Shown one piece after another: positions 9,501-20,457 of a stretch of DNA of 55,660 nt. The first letter of the stretch is position 1, and the number at the start of each line of letters is the position of its first letter. The DNA lies in contig NMRA01000062.1 of NCBI GenBank assembly GCA_002633005.1, forward strand, positions 1,161,991-1,217,650, read 5' to 3'. The notes beneath the pieces are model-generated. The model was not told the origin of the DNA. It did not search any database and saw only the letters and a program-made list of their open reading frames with translations. The position numbers were made by a program, and so were the translations under genes. The DNA comes from Phoronis australis. Taxonomy: Eukaryota; Animalia; Phoronida.

Positions 9501-11729
9501 TTATTCTCTATTTCTGGGTACAGGTTTGGTTACCAGGACGCATATTTAACAGGAAGGAACGGTTTGTTCAACCGAAAGTTCTTCGGCAAGAAATCTGATC
9601 CTACCGGATCATTTGGTGATTACGAAGAATGGGACCGTGCCAGCGACATCACTGTTCACAGAACCAGAAACCAAAGTTAGTTGTGGTTCTTTGATGATAA
9701 ATTTCGACCGCTATCTAATATGGAGAGGAGAGCATAGTCCGATTTTGAGCAAGTGGTACTATTTCTTTGACCCTTATTTTCAGGTCGTCGCCAACAAGGC
9801 CTGTTGAACGATTCTCATAATATCCATGTGTCTGTTGAGGAACAGGCGCCACTGGTAAATTAGAGGTCGTCATGCTAATGACCAAACTGTTTATAGAGTC
9901 TAGTAGATTCAAGTGTGTGTTACATGTACCTAGTGCAATCTTGAAAGTTACGGCTTCTCCGTCCAATGTTTCTGATAAACGGAGTTAAGGCACACGCACC
10001 GAAGTTACCGTTGGGATGTTCCACAAGCCCAAAGAAAATTTGTCAGACGTCCACCGCAAGCGTACGACAGCAACATGTTTTCGATGTGATCCGGATATTT
10101 CACTGAAACTGATATTACTTCATCTCGCAATCACAAAGGGTTTCTGGAGAAATTTTCCAGAGCCGTTAAAAAGAGTGGGGTATCCCTGCAAGTCTTTTTC
10201 TGTGTTCGTTTTGTGTAAAAATCGTTGACCTGTGCTGTAAGTACTCCAAACCCACCGAAGAACACGTATTTGTCCAACCAATATCTTATGGATACCGATG
10301 GTACAGTTAACAACCCCTCCTGCCCTGATTGAAACTAGTAACTTCATTTACTTGCCCAAACTATTCATTTCTGGGAGAATTGGATTTTTTTGCATTTTAT
10401 AGAAAGTCACATCAGTTAGTTACAGGACACTGATCTGTCCCATAGTGGTTAAATGCCAGCTTTCCCTGATAAGTAAAATGTAGAGCATTTGGATATTTGG
10501 CTGACGACAAATTTCATTTTCGACAATAGCTGCTCCACCAAAACTTAGTTTACGAAATTACCTCCACAGCGTTCCTGCCGCGCATGGTTCAAGACTTTAT
10601 ATCCGGAGGCTACCACGCAGCGGAGGCTTCCCCAGCAAGAATGAGCATCGATTTTGGCGCCCCTAGCTGTCGAAGCACGATCACGCCAATCCACGAGGGT
10701 GGCGAATTTGAGTATCCTTCAGTAAGCCAGGTAAAGGTTTTTAAGAGGTTAATATTCGTAATCATTCTCGCGTACCATGTGTTTTCAGTCATCGGTGTCT
10801 TCTGTGTCCTTGGACTGCGTTTCAGCTACGTTACAACGTGACCATTTAACTTTTAGCCATCACAATATGTGCTGCATCAGTACACGATATTTCTGGTCGA
10901 CTTGGTAGTTAATGGACACATTGACGTGCTGACAGTTTATAATACGTGTATCATAGGCCAAGTGCGACTTAATTCCTATTTATTACAGTAATAATTCACG
11001 AACTATTCTAGTAATAATTCTTTAGCCAATTAGAAGGCAGGAATAATTACTGTAATCAATAATTATTACTGCAATTCATATTTATTACTGGAATAAATCA
11101 ACCAATCACATGCCAGGAATAATTTCTACAATAAATATTTATTACAGTAATGAATATTTAGTTCACTAATTATTCCTGGGTTCCGATTGGCTAAAGAATA
11201 ATTACTGGATTAAATCGCGAATTATTGCGGTAATAAATCGATCTTATGTCACACTTGACCGTCGATATACTAAATGTATTGTACTTTTGTTTTGTTGTTT
11301 TTTTAATTTCTTGAGTCCAAAAATTATCTACATTACACATTTACTAACGAAATAGGAACAGATTTCACAACTCGGTTATTCATGTTTCAATAGTGTGTTG
11401 TATTGTTGTTTTATAGGAACATTCGCAAGGTCGCTCACCGCAAACTCAAGACCCCTCCAAGTTTTACCAGTAGGTTAATTCAAAATATCTTGTTGGAGAA
11501 AAGATTAGACGTTGTCATTATCTCGGTTAAAAACTACATAGCGTTCTTCATGCTTACTGCAGTCTACCCGGATCATTATGTAAGACGTTAATTTTGTTGA
11601 ATTTTCGCTTTACCTCACACACATAACTCGTCATATAAAGTAGCCATACATGTATGTATAGATTGTTGTAATTTTGATTTTTTTATTTTCAGTTACGACA
11701 ACGCATTCCATTTTGACAGCACCCGTTAA
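418..11729 (+). CDS. 5'-truncated multi-exon gene: EGF/cbEGF-repeat, SEA-domain, single-pass transmembrane (mucin-like/fibrillin-like) protein. Exons 418-543, 1187-1315, 2676-2930, 3739-3989, 5102-6443, 6783-6895, 7076-7137, 7966-8126, 8559-8634, 8911-9087, 9524-9675, (9784-9854), 10530/10570-10730, 11417-11469, 11693-11729
   Basis: Exons are bounded by AG/GT (one GC donor), their intron phases chain consistently, and the joined frame reads EGF repeats > T/Q/S linker > SEA > EGF > TM > tail > TAA. The start codon lies upstream of the window. Confidence 0.88.
1187..1315 (+). CDS. Exon: calcium-binding EGF (DIDECTNAANFCQQPRHCENTNGGYKCGCDDGYSLDTDERSCK)
   Basis: tttttcctag acceptor and gtaagt donor; 129 nt; phase 1-1; DIDEC and CxNxxGxYxC consensus. 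Confidence 0.93.
1842..2223. mobile_element. Degenerate MITE-like element (intronic)
   Basis: About four copies of cgcccatgg.cgtattttc; ends ccgtaaa...aaaataggcccatg and catgagcctattttcgtgaattcccggta form imperfect inverted termini. Confidence 0.4.
2676..2930 (+). CDS. Exon: laminin/MEGF-type EGF (CDVLHWGPNCNNTCDC...GWTGMGC) plus one cbEGF (DVDEC...CVNTNGSYSC)
   Basis: ttcttcag acceptor and G|gtaagt donor; 255 nt; phase 1-1; open frame. Confidence 0.92.
3739..3989 (+). CDS. Exon: two cbEGF domains
   Basis: ggcag acceptor and AAT|gtaagt donor; phase 1-0; two DIDEC motifs; ends QIN, which joins EC of the next exon. Confidence 0.93.
4272..4379. repeat. Imperfect inverted repeat/hairpin (about 48-bp arms, short loop), intronic
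   Basis: attttcgtaacctccaattatcactcgaaggtgtttcacatctccgc pairs with gcgtagatacgaaacacctcccagctataatttgaggttaagaaaat. Confidence 0.75.
5102..6443 (+). CDS. Large exon: 10 tandem ~41-aa cbEGF domains plus a Thr/Gln/Ser/Pro-rich linker
   Basis: tttccag acceptor and C|gtaagt donor; 1342 nt; phase 0-1; repeated D[IV][DN]EC...CHANATCTNT.GG[FY].C.C..GFSGDG..C units. Confidence 0.96.
5214..6322 (+). repeat. Coding tandem repeat, 123-bp period (cbEGF units)
   Basis: The motif ggtttcagtggagatggt and neighbouring motifs recur every 123 nt; 6018-6115 is identical to 6141-6238. Confidence 0.93.
6783..6895 (+). CDS. Exon: SEA domain N-terminal part (ITAFVDVSVELELPFIDVYENLTHQTTTAFVTVIKAE)
   Basis: tttctctattatag acceptor (an in-frame alternative AG would start the exon at 6723) and GAG|gtaaga donor; phase 1-0. 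Confidence 0.78.
7076..7137 (+). CDS. Exon: SEA domain middle (LTKLLENAVNDLKDVIITKLR)
   Basis: ttccag acceptor and AG|gtaagc donor; 62 nt; phase 0-2, bridging both neighbouring exons. Confidence 0.82.
7966..8126 (+). CDS. Exon: SEA domain C-terminal part (RGSVIVDYRVILD...)
   Basis: atttcag acceptor and A|gtaagt donor; phase 2-1; GSVIV matches the SEA GSVVV consensus. Confidence 0.88.
8559..8634 (+). CDS. Exon: juxtamembrane EGF, first part (TCENLVSYCRNGGTCVDGDGSVNC)
   Basis: tgtttcag acceptor and AG|gtaagt donor; phase 1-2; CxNGGTC motif. Confidence 0.9.
8911..9087 (+). CDS. Exon: end of EGF, transmembrane helix and stop-transfer (CSAGWRGATC...IAIIIGTTIAGVVLIAIVVIVCICVWYRRRREKRTRN)
   Basis: ttacag acceptor; about 25 hydrophobic residues followed by RRRR; the probable donor is AG|gcaaga (GC-AG). 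Confidence 0.9.
9524..9675 (+). CDS. Exon: cytoplasmic tail (FGYQDAYLTGRNGLFNRKFFGKKSDPTGSFGDYEEWDRASDITVHRTRNQ)
   Basis: tacag acceptor and A|gttagt donor; open in the phase 2-1 frame set by the upstream GC donor. Confidence 0.75.
9784..9854 (+). CDS. Probable exon: cytoplasmic tail (SRRQQGLLNDSHNIHVSVEEQAPL)
   Basis: Strong pyrimidine tract with ttttcag acceptor and CTG|gtaaat donor; phase 1-0; needs the acceptor at 10529 downstream. Confidence 0.55.
10530..10730 (+). CDS. Exon: cytoplasmic tail (...FLPRMVQDFISGGYHAAEASPARMSIDFGAPSCRSTITPIHEGGEFEYPSVSQ)
   Basis: Only one frame is open. Possible starts are 10530 (phase 0) or 10570 (phase 1); possible donors follow 10721 (gtaagc) or 10730 (gtaaag). 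Boundaries are uncertain. Confidence 0.65.
10956..11260. mobile_element. Foldback MITE with long imperfect TIRs (GG...CC ends, PIF/Harbinger-like), intronic
   Basis: ggccaagtgcgac...aattctttagccaat...caggaataatta is mirrored by taattattcctg...attggctaaagaataatta...gtcacacttgacc. No clear TSD. Confidence 0.7.
11417..11469 (+). CDS. Exon: cytoplasmic tail (EHSQGRSPQTQDPSKFY)
   Basis: ttttatag acceptor and CA|gtaggt donor; phase 0-2. Confidence 0.6.
11693..11729 (+). CDS. Terminal coding exon (HYDNAFHFDSTR-stop)
   Basis: Very strong tttttttattttcag acceptor; phase 2; TAA at 11727-11729; AATAAA downstream. Confidence 0.65.
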
Positions 11730-11823
11730 AGAAGTCATTAAGCACTCAACGCTTTATCTAGCATTACATATGAGATTGATGAACTAAAAAGTAAATGTTT
11801 CATTTTCGTTATAAGGTCTATGA

Positions 11824-11829
11824 AATAAA
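11824..11829 (+). promoter_or_regulatory. Candidate polyadenylation signal AATAAA for gene 1
   Basis: First AATAAA about 95 nt after the stop codon; others occur near 12064 and 12782. Confidence 0.4.
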
Positions 11830-12924
11830 ACCTGCCTTCCCTAACAGTTTTATTGTCAGCAGAATGGTATTGATTTGATTTCATTTTATTGAAGCATTCT
11901 ATGTTTCATTTGGTGGGGTTACAACTTTTGAAACGACAGGAGTTTTGCGTTTCGTTTTCACACGTCTGGTTTCGATTAAATTTCTTTGAAATGTACATCT
12001 AGACAATTTATTACCAATAGCGTATCACCGTCTTGTGCCTGCTGTTCATACTTGGGAATATGAAATAAACATAACTCTCTATTATTTTAAGATAGATAAA
12101 AGCTAAATTGTGGCACTGTAATTGAACGTGAAATAAGCTCAGCGACTGGTGTATTTATTGTAAGTTCCTGTTAGTGATTTAGCCAAAATAACTGGAGAAG
12201 GAGACCGTGTTCATTAAAATCGTACTCAGTTACCAGCCAGTGTACATACCGTTTTAACTGGCGATTCCTACACCAATTCGTGTCTCCACGCGAAGCTATC
12301 GCGAATGTGCAATATGAAAGAAAGGCCGGTGAAATGCATGTGAAAATATGTTTGGAGCATAAAGTGTCATTACCTACTGGCTACATTTGGTAGTGCCATT
12401 GGGGCGCATGATGCGTTACCTCCTAAGTAAACTGCTCATTGATCGGCTTCGAACCCTATTTGTGGAGACTACACGTTCTTGTTATTAATTTTGATTTCAT
12501 TGATAATATTATATTGTTGTTAATACAATTATTTTGTTTTTTATAATTATTGTATGTCCAAGCATTGGTTTAAAGTGTTTTTTAAATGGTATCCCCGATA
12601 CTGCATTATAGCAATGGTTTTTGCCAAAAGTATTTGTATTTGGTAATCTTTGTGTGAATGCGCGTGCATTTCTAAGCATAGTTTGTACTTTACAATTTAG
12701 TAGTTTTAATACATTCATTTTGTTATACTGTCTCCTTTATATGCTTATTAATCATTTGTGACATGTGTTTAATACAAAGTTAATAAATTTTATTATTCGT
12801 TCCATTTGAATTTCTGTTTTTAAATTTTGTACATTGGAAATCACTGCAACAAGGATGATTCAAATGTGACGAATCAAAATGTGGAACCTTCCTTCCGTTT
12901 GTGCTCTATTCTATACCAGTTTCA

Positions 12925-13355
12925 TGGACCATAGAATCATACGCACGAGCATCGCATCTTACCCACGAGCCATCTGCGAACGCATGAATCGTGCCTAAGA
13001 ACTCAAAAAACGCGCATACGAACAAAAATCATGCGCACGAACCGCAAAATCATATACATTAACACAAAATCATACCCAACAACAACAAACACGTGCACGA
13101 ACACAACACTTTATCGTTGGGTGATTTGTGTGTACGATTCGGATGCTCGCGTGTATGATTTGAGTTCGTTTGAGTGATTTTTGTTTTTGTGCGCATGATT
13201 CTTGTTCGTGTGAGTGATTTTTGGGTTCGTATGTATGATTCATGGGTTTGTATGCATGATTCGTTGGTTTTCATGCATGATTCATGGGTTTGCATATATG
13301 ATTCATAAGTTCGTAGGTGGTTCGTGCAAATGATTCGGTGCCCCTGTGTATGGTA
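12925..13355. repeat. Foldback element: inverted arrays of ~20-21-bp subunits
   Basis: The left arm repeats aatcatgcgcacgaac-like units and the right arm repeats their reverse complement (gttcgt.tg.atgatt); centre near 13110. Confidence 0.7.
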
Positions 13356-13735
13356 TCCCCGAAGGTCAGACTATGCACCACGCGATGTGCATCAAATCGG
13401 AGTAGGAATACATTTTATTACTGTACAGAATGGCGAAAAATAAGCATGAAACATTTAAAGCGCGTTTAAAACTTGTTCAGAATACTTCAATCGAAGTGAA
13501 TTTTTCATTTGAACGCCTAAATTGGTTACTCCGCAGACCGCATAAAATAAAAAGTTGATCGAGTTTTAACCATACCCAAGTGATGTAAAATAATTCAAAT
13601 CCCCACCAGCACACTACTTGTTTACAACACCTACTTACATATGTAAGCACACGCATGAAATAAAAGCAGATTAACTCAAATAGGAATATCCACGACAAAT
13701 GTTCACTAGTTGCTAAACTAAAAAGGTAAGACATG

Positions 13736-13832
13736 GTGAAAAGAGACTAAAAGCATAAGCCATAGCGAATGTAGACTAAAACCATCCATAAGATAGAGTG
13801 AAACCAGACTAAAACCATAGCCCACGGTGAAA
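13736..13832. repeat. Short degenerate tandem repeat (~30 bp x3)
   Basis: agactaaaa[gc]cat occurs three times. Confidence 0.55.
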
Positions 13833-16800
13833 CTTATACAAGAAGCCAACACTCCCACCCATTACGCACGGAAAAACAATTTGGGTTTCAGTACAGTTGA
13901 AGTCAGCCGTGTAGGAATTCAAAAAAGCGTAAAAATCTTATTACTGGGCCGATTGTTAGGAGAAAACTTTGTTGAGAATTTTCGGTCTCTGATCCAAACT
14001 TACAGCATGAAAAATGTCCAACTACTCGCAGAAAGCAAAACAACAGAAGATAATACAAGCAAGATATGGTATAGGACATTGACACCACCACAAAAACCAT
14101 CAGAGGTTGTGGCGCAGCCATTAAATGGTATTTACGGAAAATATGCAGCTGACAGGTACAGGCTTAATATGGAACGTTTGATGTTAATCCGTTGTTTCAA
14201 TTCTCCATGTGTCGAACTCTGAGACTTTCAACGATTTCAAAACTCACGTTTCTTCTGAAAACTGTTAAGTGTGTATTTATTTTAAGACCACTCCATCGAT
14301 TTGCTAAAGCTTTCCTGGACATGGGTGATGCACCGTAACCTATGTTTAGTGTTTTAGCCAAGTGAATACGCAGTGAGGACTAGAATGATTTACCTGGTGT
14401 GAAAACAATAGCCACATGACCACAGCGTCAACCGCAATGCAGTGGTCTGACTGGTCCACTGCAATTCAATACAATGTAAATCTAAACAGCAGGCTATTCA
14501 ACAATAAAAGATGCTTCAAGGGAACGGCAAAACATATTATATTAACCTACTTTCTTTTCTCAGACGAATGCATTTGCACTATGTGACTAGAATGCACTGC
14601 CGTGCCGAAAAAAGTTTACGCCCTCCGACCTCTGGTCACAAAACCACTCGCCCTTACCTGGGTAACGGAATTGCAGGAGAGGACTTCAACTTGCCTGCTG
14701 TGTGTATGAAGTATTAAACGCTCCTAATTTAGGAGACGGCAGGTTCATCATGACCATCGATTTTCATTCGAATTTTACGAAAGACCAATCCCTCTTAGGT
14801 TCATGACATGGAAATATCGCTAAAGCAAAGAACTATTGTCTATAGTTAGTAGCAATCTGCATATAATATGTGATAGAACAAAGTTCGTGATCCGCGTTTT
14901 GCTTTTAACCAAAAAGTATCATGCTAAAAACAGAAAAGCATCTTCTGTGGACACTGGTACATTACAAAATTATATTTGTCTACCTGTGTGGACTATACTG
15001 TAGGCTGAACGAGATTTTTTGTAGACAAGAACTCAAAAATTTGGTACACACTATTCCGCTCTGTGCGTAACTTTTGTAGCATAAATTGTAGTGTATCAAC
15101 GTAGTATACATGTATCAAAACCGATACCGATAGTAGAATATGAATACGCAATTGTCATACATATATATTATCTACTAGTTCGGTGAACCTAGGAATTTAC
15201 ATGTAGGCTGAACTTTTGATTAACATCACATTACTTGGATGTTTGCACGGTTTCAATTGTTCACGGGGAGCAACAAAAATGACAGAAGCAATTCTGAACG
15301 TTCATTCATGTTCCCACCAGTAATAAAATAACAACTAAATTAATATTTACCAACTGTTTGTGACTAGTTTCTTTTCAAAATTCGCCAACTTTCAATCAAT
15401 TTAAACTAACTGCAGTTAAAAGCTAAAAGCGCTTCATCACGTACGTGATGCGTGGTCTGGTCACAAAGTTGGCTTTTGTCGAGGAACGGGTAAGAGTCAG
15501 CACTAGGTGGACAATGAACTTAGACAATTCGTACGGGAGGAGTTCATACCAAATGCTTTATATTTCTAAATTGCCTCGAGGAGGATATTTCACGCTAGAC
15601 TACCCGTGTTCATTATGTGTAACGCTAACTGAAAAAATAGGGGAACTCTTTTTAATGCGATATACTCTTTTATTAAACAAGTGCTTGCTTCGCCAAGTGG
15701 GACGTTTCGTCGAGTTTGGACCAAATTACAACAACTTTGAATAGCTGAGTTGATACCTTTCAGGTAAGCAGTTGATGAGGTTCCATGAAATGTTAGTTAG
15801 GGCAAGTCGAAGTCACAAATGCAAAACTGTAATAAAAACGTAGCTGCCGTGAGTCTTCCCGTTGTTGGAACCTCAGGCCACTGAGTCGTGGCCTCATTTG
15901 GAATCAGTGAAATAGGCTACGTGCAGGGTGTTGCCATGTTTTGAAACCAAAACGTTGTTCTAGTTGTATTAAAAGCAATAAACGGGCTTTGACCCCAAAC
16001 ACGAGGGGCGCATAACAATAGTTTACAAAGAAGGCATTTCATGTACGTGGGTTCAGTGCAAAATTTTCTAGAATTTTAAAGTCTTGATGACCAATGTGAT
16101 TCCTGTGTTTAATCCGAAGGAAAATTCAAGCAGGCACAAAGACGTGTAGTCGCCTTTCATAGTACCAGTGTTCCTGGTATGTCTCTTGTGTCAACTTTCT
16201 TATAGCGGTAACTGTAATTTTTTGGCATCACCAACAATGAGAGGTGTGATGAAGTCTTGCTACCCGCATTCAGGTAGACAGGATGTCCATTTTCTCGTGT
16301 TTTATAAAAATACTTCCAGCATTTCTAAAACATCTTTATAACGTTTAATAAATGTGCTGATTCCCATCTGCCATCAGTTTCTTAAACTCAAGCCAACTTT
16401 TCGATATTTGCGATAGAAAAGCAGGGTAACATAGCAACGGACAATTCTCCGGAAGAAATCTTCAGTTTACTGACTGAAATAAAACTGGGATGGATCAGTC
16501 CTGTAAGTCAGTGGCAGGCGTGAGCTATTAGATCATTCAGGTGTTTGAAAAGTATCACAAAAATGTTAAAATTGAAAGACAATTATGTGAAAACTGTGAG
16601 CGGAATTTTTAGAAAATGTTTCTATCAAACAATTGTTGCTCAAAAATTTTCAATTAATTGGGAAATGTTTCGTGATAAGAAGGTAATGCCATAGGCTTGG
16701 AGTTAAATGTTCATGTCTGATATTCTGTTGGTAAAATCAGAGAAAAATAAGCACGGCTATTATTCGTTGTTAAGATAATTTGTAATGATGTCCTGTTTGC

Positions 16801-19800
16801 TTATCTGTTCAAATCGTGTTAACATGTTCACTTCCTTCAATCAATACCCTTTCACACCAAAATCCCGGGATAATGCTCAGTTTACGTTTTCAAATAAAGC
16901 ATTGTAATATGACCTACGTCGTGCTTTTTACAAATCAACCAGTGCAGAATCTTTGTGATTCTAACTCTCCTACAGGTATGTTAAGATACCAGAGGAAAAC
17001 ACTACATGTAACCGGATGTAAAAAAGCTTACAACGATACCGAGTGTTTATCCTCTCGTGTAAAACACAGTTGAACGTTTTCTCTCGGTCGCTTAGAGAAG
17101 GACAACCTGAAATGATTTCGGTTCTCGGAGTAAGGTTGTGCTGCACGTATGTCTTTTCGTCTGATGTCCAGTAAGCAGGGGTGTGCAGATATCTATGCGC
17201 CTCCAACATGCTCGCTTGGAACAATTATATTTAGTTCAAATACTGTGTGTAAGAAATCAATGAAAAGGCAGTGACCTTACATTTTGACAACTATAACTGC
17301 GATTGTTGTTAGTTGAAGACTGAACATTTAGGAAAGAATTTTCATTTATACAAACTATATTTTCGTTGTCTTTTTTCAAAGAAAATTTGTACTTCAGCGT
17401 GTCATACCCTTGGGTTTCGCTTGCAGTTGCAGGTAGGTACTCCTTGTAAAGTCGCATACCTTGTTGTGGATACAGTCACACGCAAGACCATCGGCAAACA
17501 GCGCACAATGCATGCCCGTGCGAAATGTGTTTATGCAACTTGGTTAAGTAAAAGTTGGGGCGGAACACATCGCGTTTTGTTAGGATTTACTTGAGAAGTG
17601 TCATGAACCTGAAAAATAAACAGGAGAAAGTATAGTTCAGTCTGTAACGCATCGTTGCTGCATTGGTTTTGTTGTTTTCATGTTGGTAAACTATGAATAG
17701 ATGTAAACACGTGCAAACCTCCCCATATAAATGTTAGAAGGAAATCAAAGTTATGCTGGATTTGCTTAAACCGTTTTAATAACCTTCCCAGAAAAGTCAG
17801 TTAAAATGCCTACAGTTTTCAACTGGAAAACAAAATTTAGTGATAACGGAACAGTCACAAATGCATTTCATCTTCGTATAGCATGCATCTATTCCTCTAG
17901 CCAAATTGTTGAGAGTAATGTAGAATAATAAGTAGGATACGCCCATATAAGCGTCATCCTTTTAACTACAATACGTGTTTTTGCTAAAATGGTTGGCGCA
18001 TAGGTGCCGGGATGCGCCTGATGCCGGATATATGTTTTGACACATGAGACTAAATACGGGTGTACACTGTAGGATACATTGCTCGAATGGCCAATGCATC
18101 TTGAAGAGAGTGATCATTCTCATGATTGTTCTTTTATTGACCGAGTCATTGCTGTTCATTTGTTGGTCTGTTATACTCCGGCTACAGGTTGCATTTTTTG
18201 TTTAGTCAAGATGAAATTTACACTGTCACGCGTCCATCTTATGTGTTAGCATGTTTACGAACATCGTCATCTCCAGTATTGCCAGTCGATTGTTTTCATT
18301 GTCATTTGAGTTTTCGACGGTGTTAACGGACGGCGGCCGGGGAAAATAGAGAGCTTCGGTTTCAAGTTACTCGCAAATGCGCCAGATCGCTATTATTTGC
18401 TTACTAGGTCACAATGTTGACCTCGTTCAGTCTTGCACACTGGCGTTAACAACGTGGGAACAGATCACCTCACGTAAGTGTGCAAAGTTTGCTTTATTTG
18501 CAGATTTATCGTAAAAGATCCTTATTTATATTCAACATTTTAATGTTTTAGAAAGTTTAGCCTTCCAGGATATGATTCAGCATTGTACATGTGTCTTTTT
18601 CGGTTGAAAGTGAAAATGACCTAATTGTTCTGAGACACTCGTGGCGTTGCTTATTTTTCTCAGAAAAGCCACTGTAATCAAGTGGCAATGGGCAAGACAG
18701 AAACAGTACATGTACGCTCATGTTTCGTGACAGAGCAACTCAATTTTGGAAACATTTGATGAAAGCAAAGTGGTGAGACGAATGCTTTCATTTGAAATAG
18801 CCAAAGCAAACAGGAATAACTGAAAGTTTTTGAATTAAACACAAAGCTTTTTTCTGCATTTTTGCCCAAAACCACTATTATTCTCAGAAAAATGACTGCT
18901 TAGAACGTCTGTACCTGAGATTTTGATTGTTTTCACCGTGGACAGGTATAAAGAATCCTACACTCGTCTCAGGTTTATAACTTGGCCAAAACCTCTTGGA
19001 AACTTCGTCAAAATCCCGAGGCTTGCTGTTTTTGGTTATTCGATTTTGCCCGAGCGTTGCTGTCGTCGTCGGCAGTGGTACCATAGTGTATGCGGCGCTG
19101 ACACTGGCAGCAACCTCTTTGACACTGGAACTCCTGCCTCTTTCTAGTTGCCTGCGGCGTCAATGTCATTGAATGGTTGACGGCATCGTTGCTGTCAAAG
19201 GCGTATTTAGGAGGGNCCCCCCCCCCCTCCTTGGCTGCCGCAAGCAAAATGAAGCAGCAACAGTCTGAAGCGTGAGGAAATATTGAGTTCAGTAGCTAGG
19301 ACACGTACCGTAAAAGGGGGCGAGGGGGGCTAAAACTCCAGAACGCGGCGGAACGGAATCGTGTTCCCGTTTTGTTTTTTTCTTCTTTTTTTAGTCCACC
19401 GATAGATTTTCTAAACATTCCGCAACCTTCCGCCTGTGCTGCACATACTGTCGCGATTTACCCAATTCCTGTGGCAACTTGCTGGGCCCCCTCCTTATGG
19501 TATCCAAGATCCGCCACTGGCTGTTGGTCCCATGGACGGCGTCATGTTTGTTTGTGTTCTTGCTTTAGTAGTCGACCAGTTCTAAAATCTTCGTTTGATT
19601 CCGCCTCGGAATGTTTATGTTTTATATTTGTTCACACGCTACAGCTCGCAATTTTTGTCCGGTGTTGTGACAGGCATTTTTGAATGTGTAACTCTATATC
19701 TATATCTATATCTGCAGTGCATTTATGTATTCTCCTGTATGTCGGTAACCTGATAGATCTCGTCAATATGTAACACGTGTAATTCGTTTCTCTCTACAAT

Positions 19801-20202
19801 GTAACGTTAATTGCGCTTTTATTGATTCATTTCTCGTGCGTTATCTCCAATGTCCTATAACGAGTTTCTGAATGTGAATAGGTGTCGTCAAAAAGTGTTA
19901 CAGTCGGTCCTATAATTACCAATCTAGAATTATTACATCGGTACGTTTCACAGGCTTCAGTGACGTCATATGTCTCAAGGTTTTAGAACATACTAGGTTC
20001 TTTTCTCACGACCGATAAACATATGTAATTGACACAAGTCGTGTAACTCATCAGTTCGAGTCATTTCCCCTTTGGATGAAATCGAAAACAAGACGGTGCT
20101 TTGAGACCCATTTTTCGGTTTTTTGATTAGCGAATTATCTTGTCACGGGCTATCCGGAAATTAACATCCGTTCTCGCATCTACTTACCGTTGACAAGGAA
20201 TT

Positions 20203-20457
20203 CTGTGCCCGGTTGCATGAAACAGTCCCAAACATGGACTCAACTAAATTCCCTTAATCTACTGCGTATATTTAGACTTGTGAAAACATCGATTGCCCTT
20301 TCTTGAATTGTTTTTGTTTCATTAACTTTGAGACAAGTCGAGAGTGAATTCTACGTTGAAATGTCAATATTATCGAAAATATTTAGGTATCTTTTCATGC
20401 AACACTCCCAATTTAAGGACTGAGTCCCTATTTCTTTTCAATGAACTCTGGGCTCAG
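20203..20457. mobile_element. Degenerate Harbinger-like MITE
   Basis: ctgtgcccggttgcatgaaa at the left; ttttcatgcaac and tttcaatgaactctgggctcag at the right; internal ggactca/tgagtcc inversion. Confidence 0.4.

Noticed and set aside
418-11729. Naming gene 1 as fibrillin, MUC1, MUC4 or uromodulin
   Set aside because: No TB or ZP domain is seen, the N-terminus is outside the window, and orthology cannot be established from the sequence alone.
13059-13295. Repetitive minus-strand ORF (MQTHESCMKTNESC...)
   Set aside because: It is the translation of the 21-bp minisatellite arm.
13827-14222. 131-aa ORF
   Set aside because: It starts at GTG and has no recognisable domain or exon context.
17962-19147. 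Possible minus-strand coding exons (HLCANHF resembles the THAP C..HF motif)
   Set aside because: The other THAP residues are absent, the splice sites are weak and no coherent protein results.
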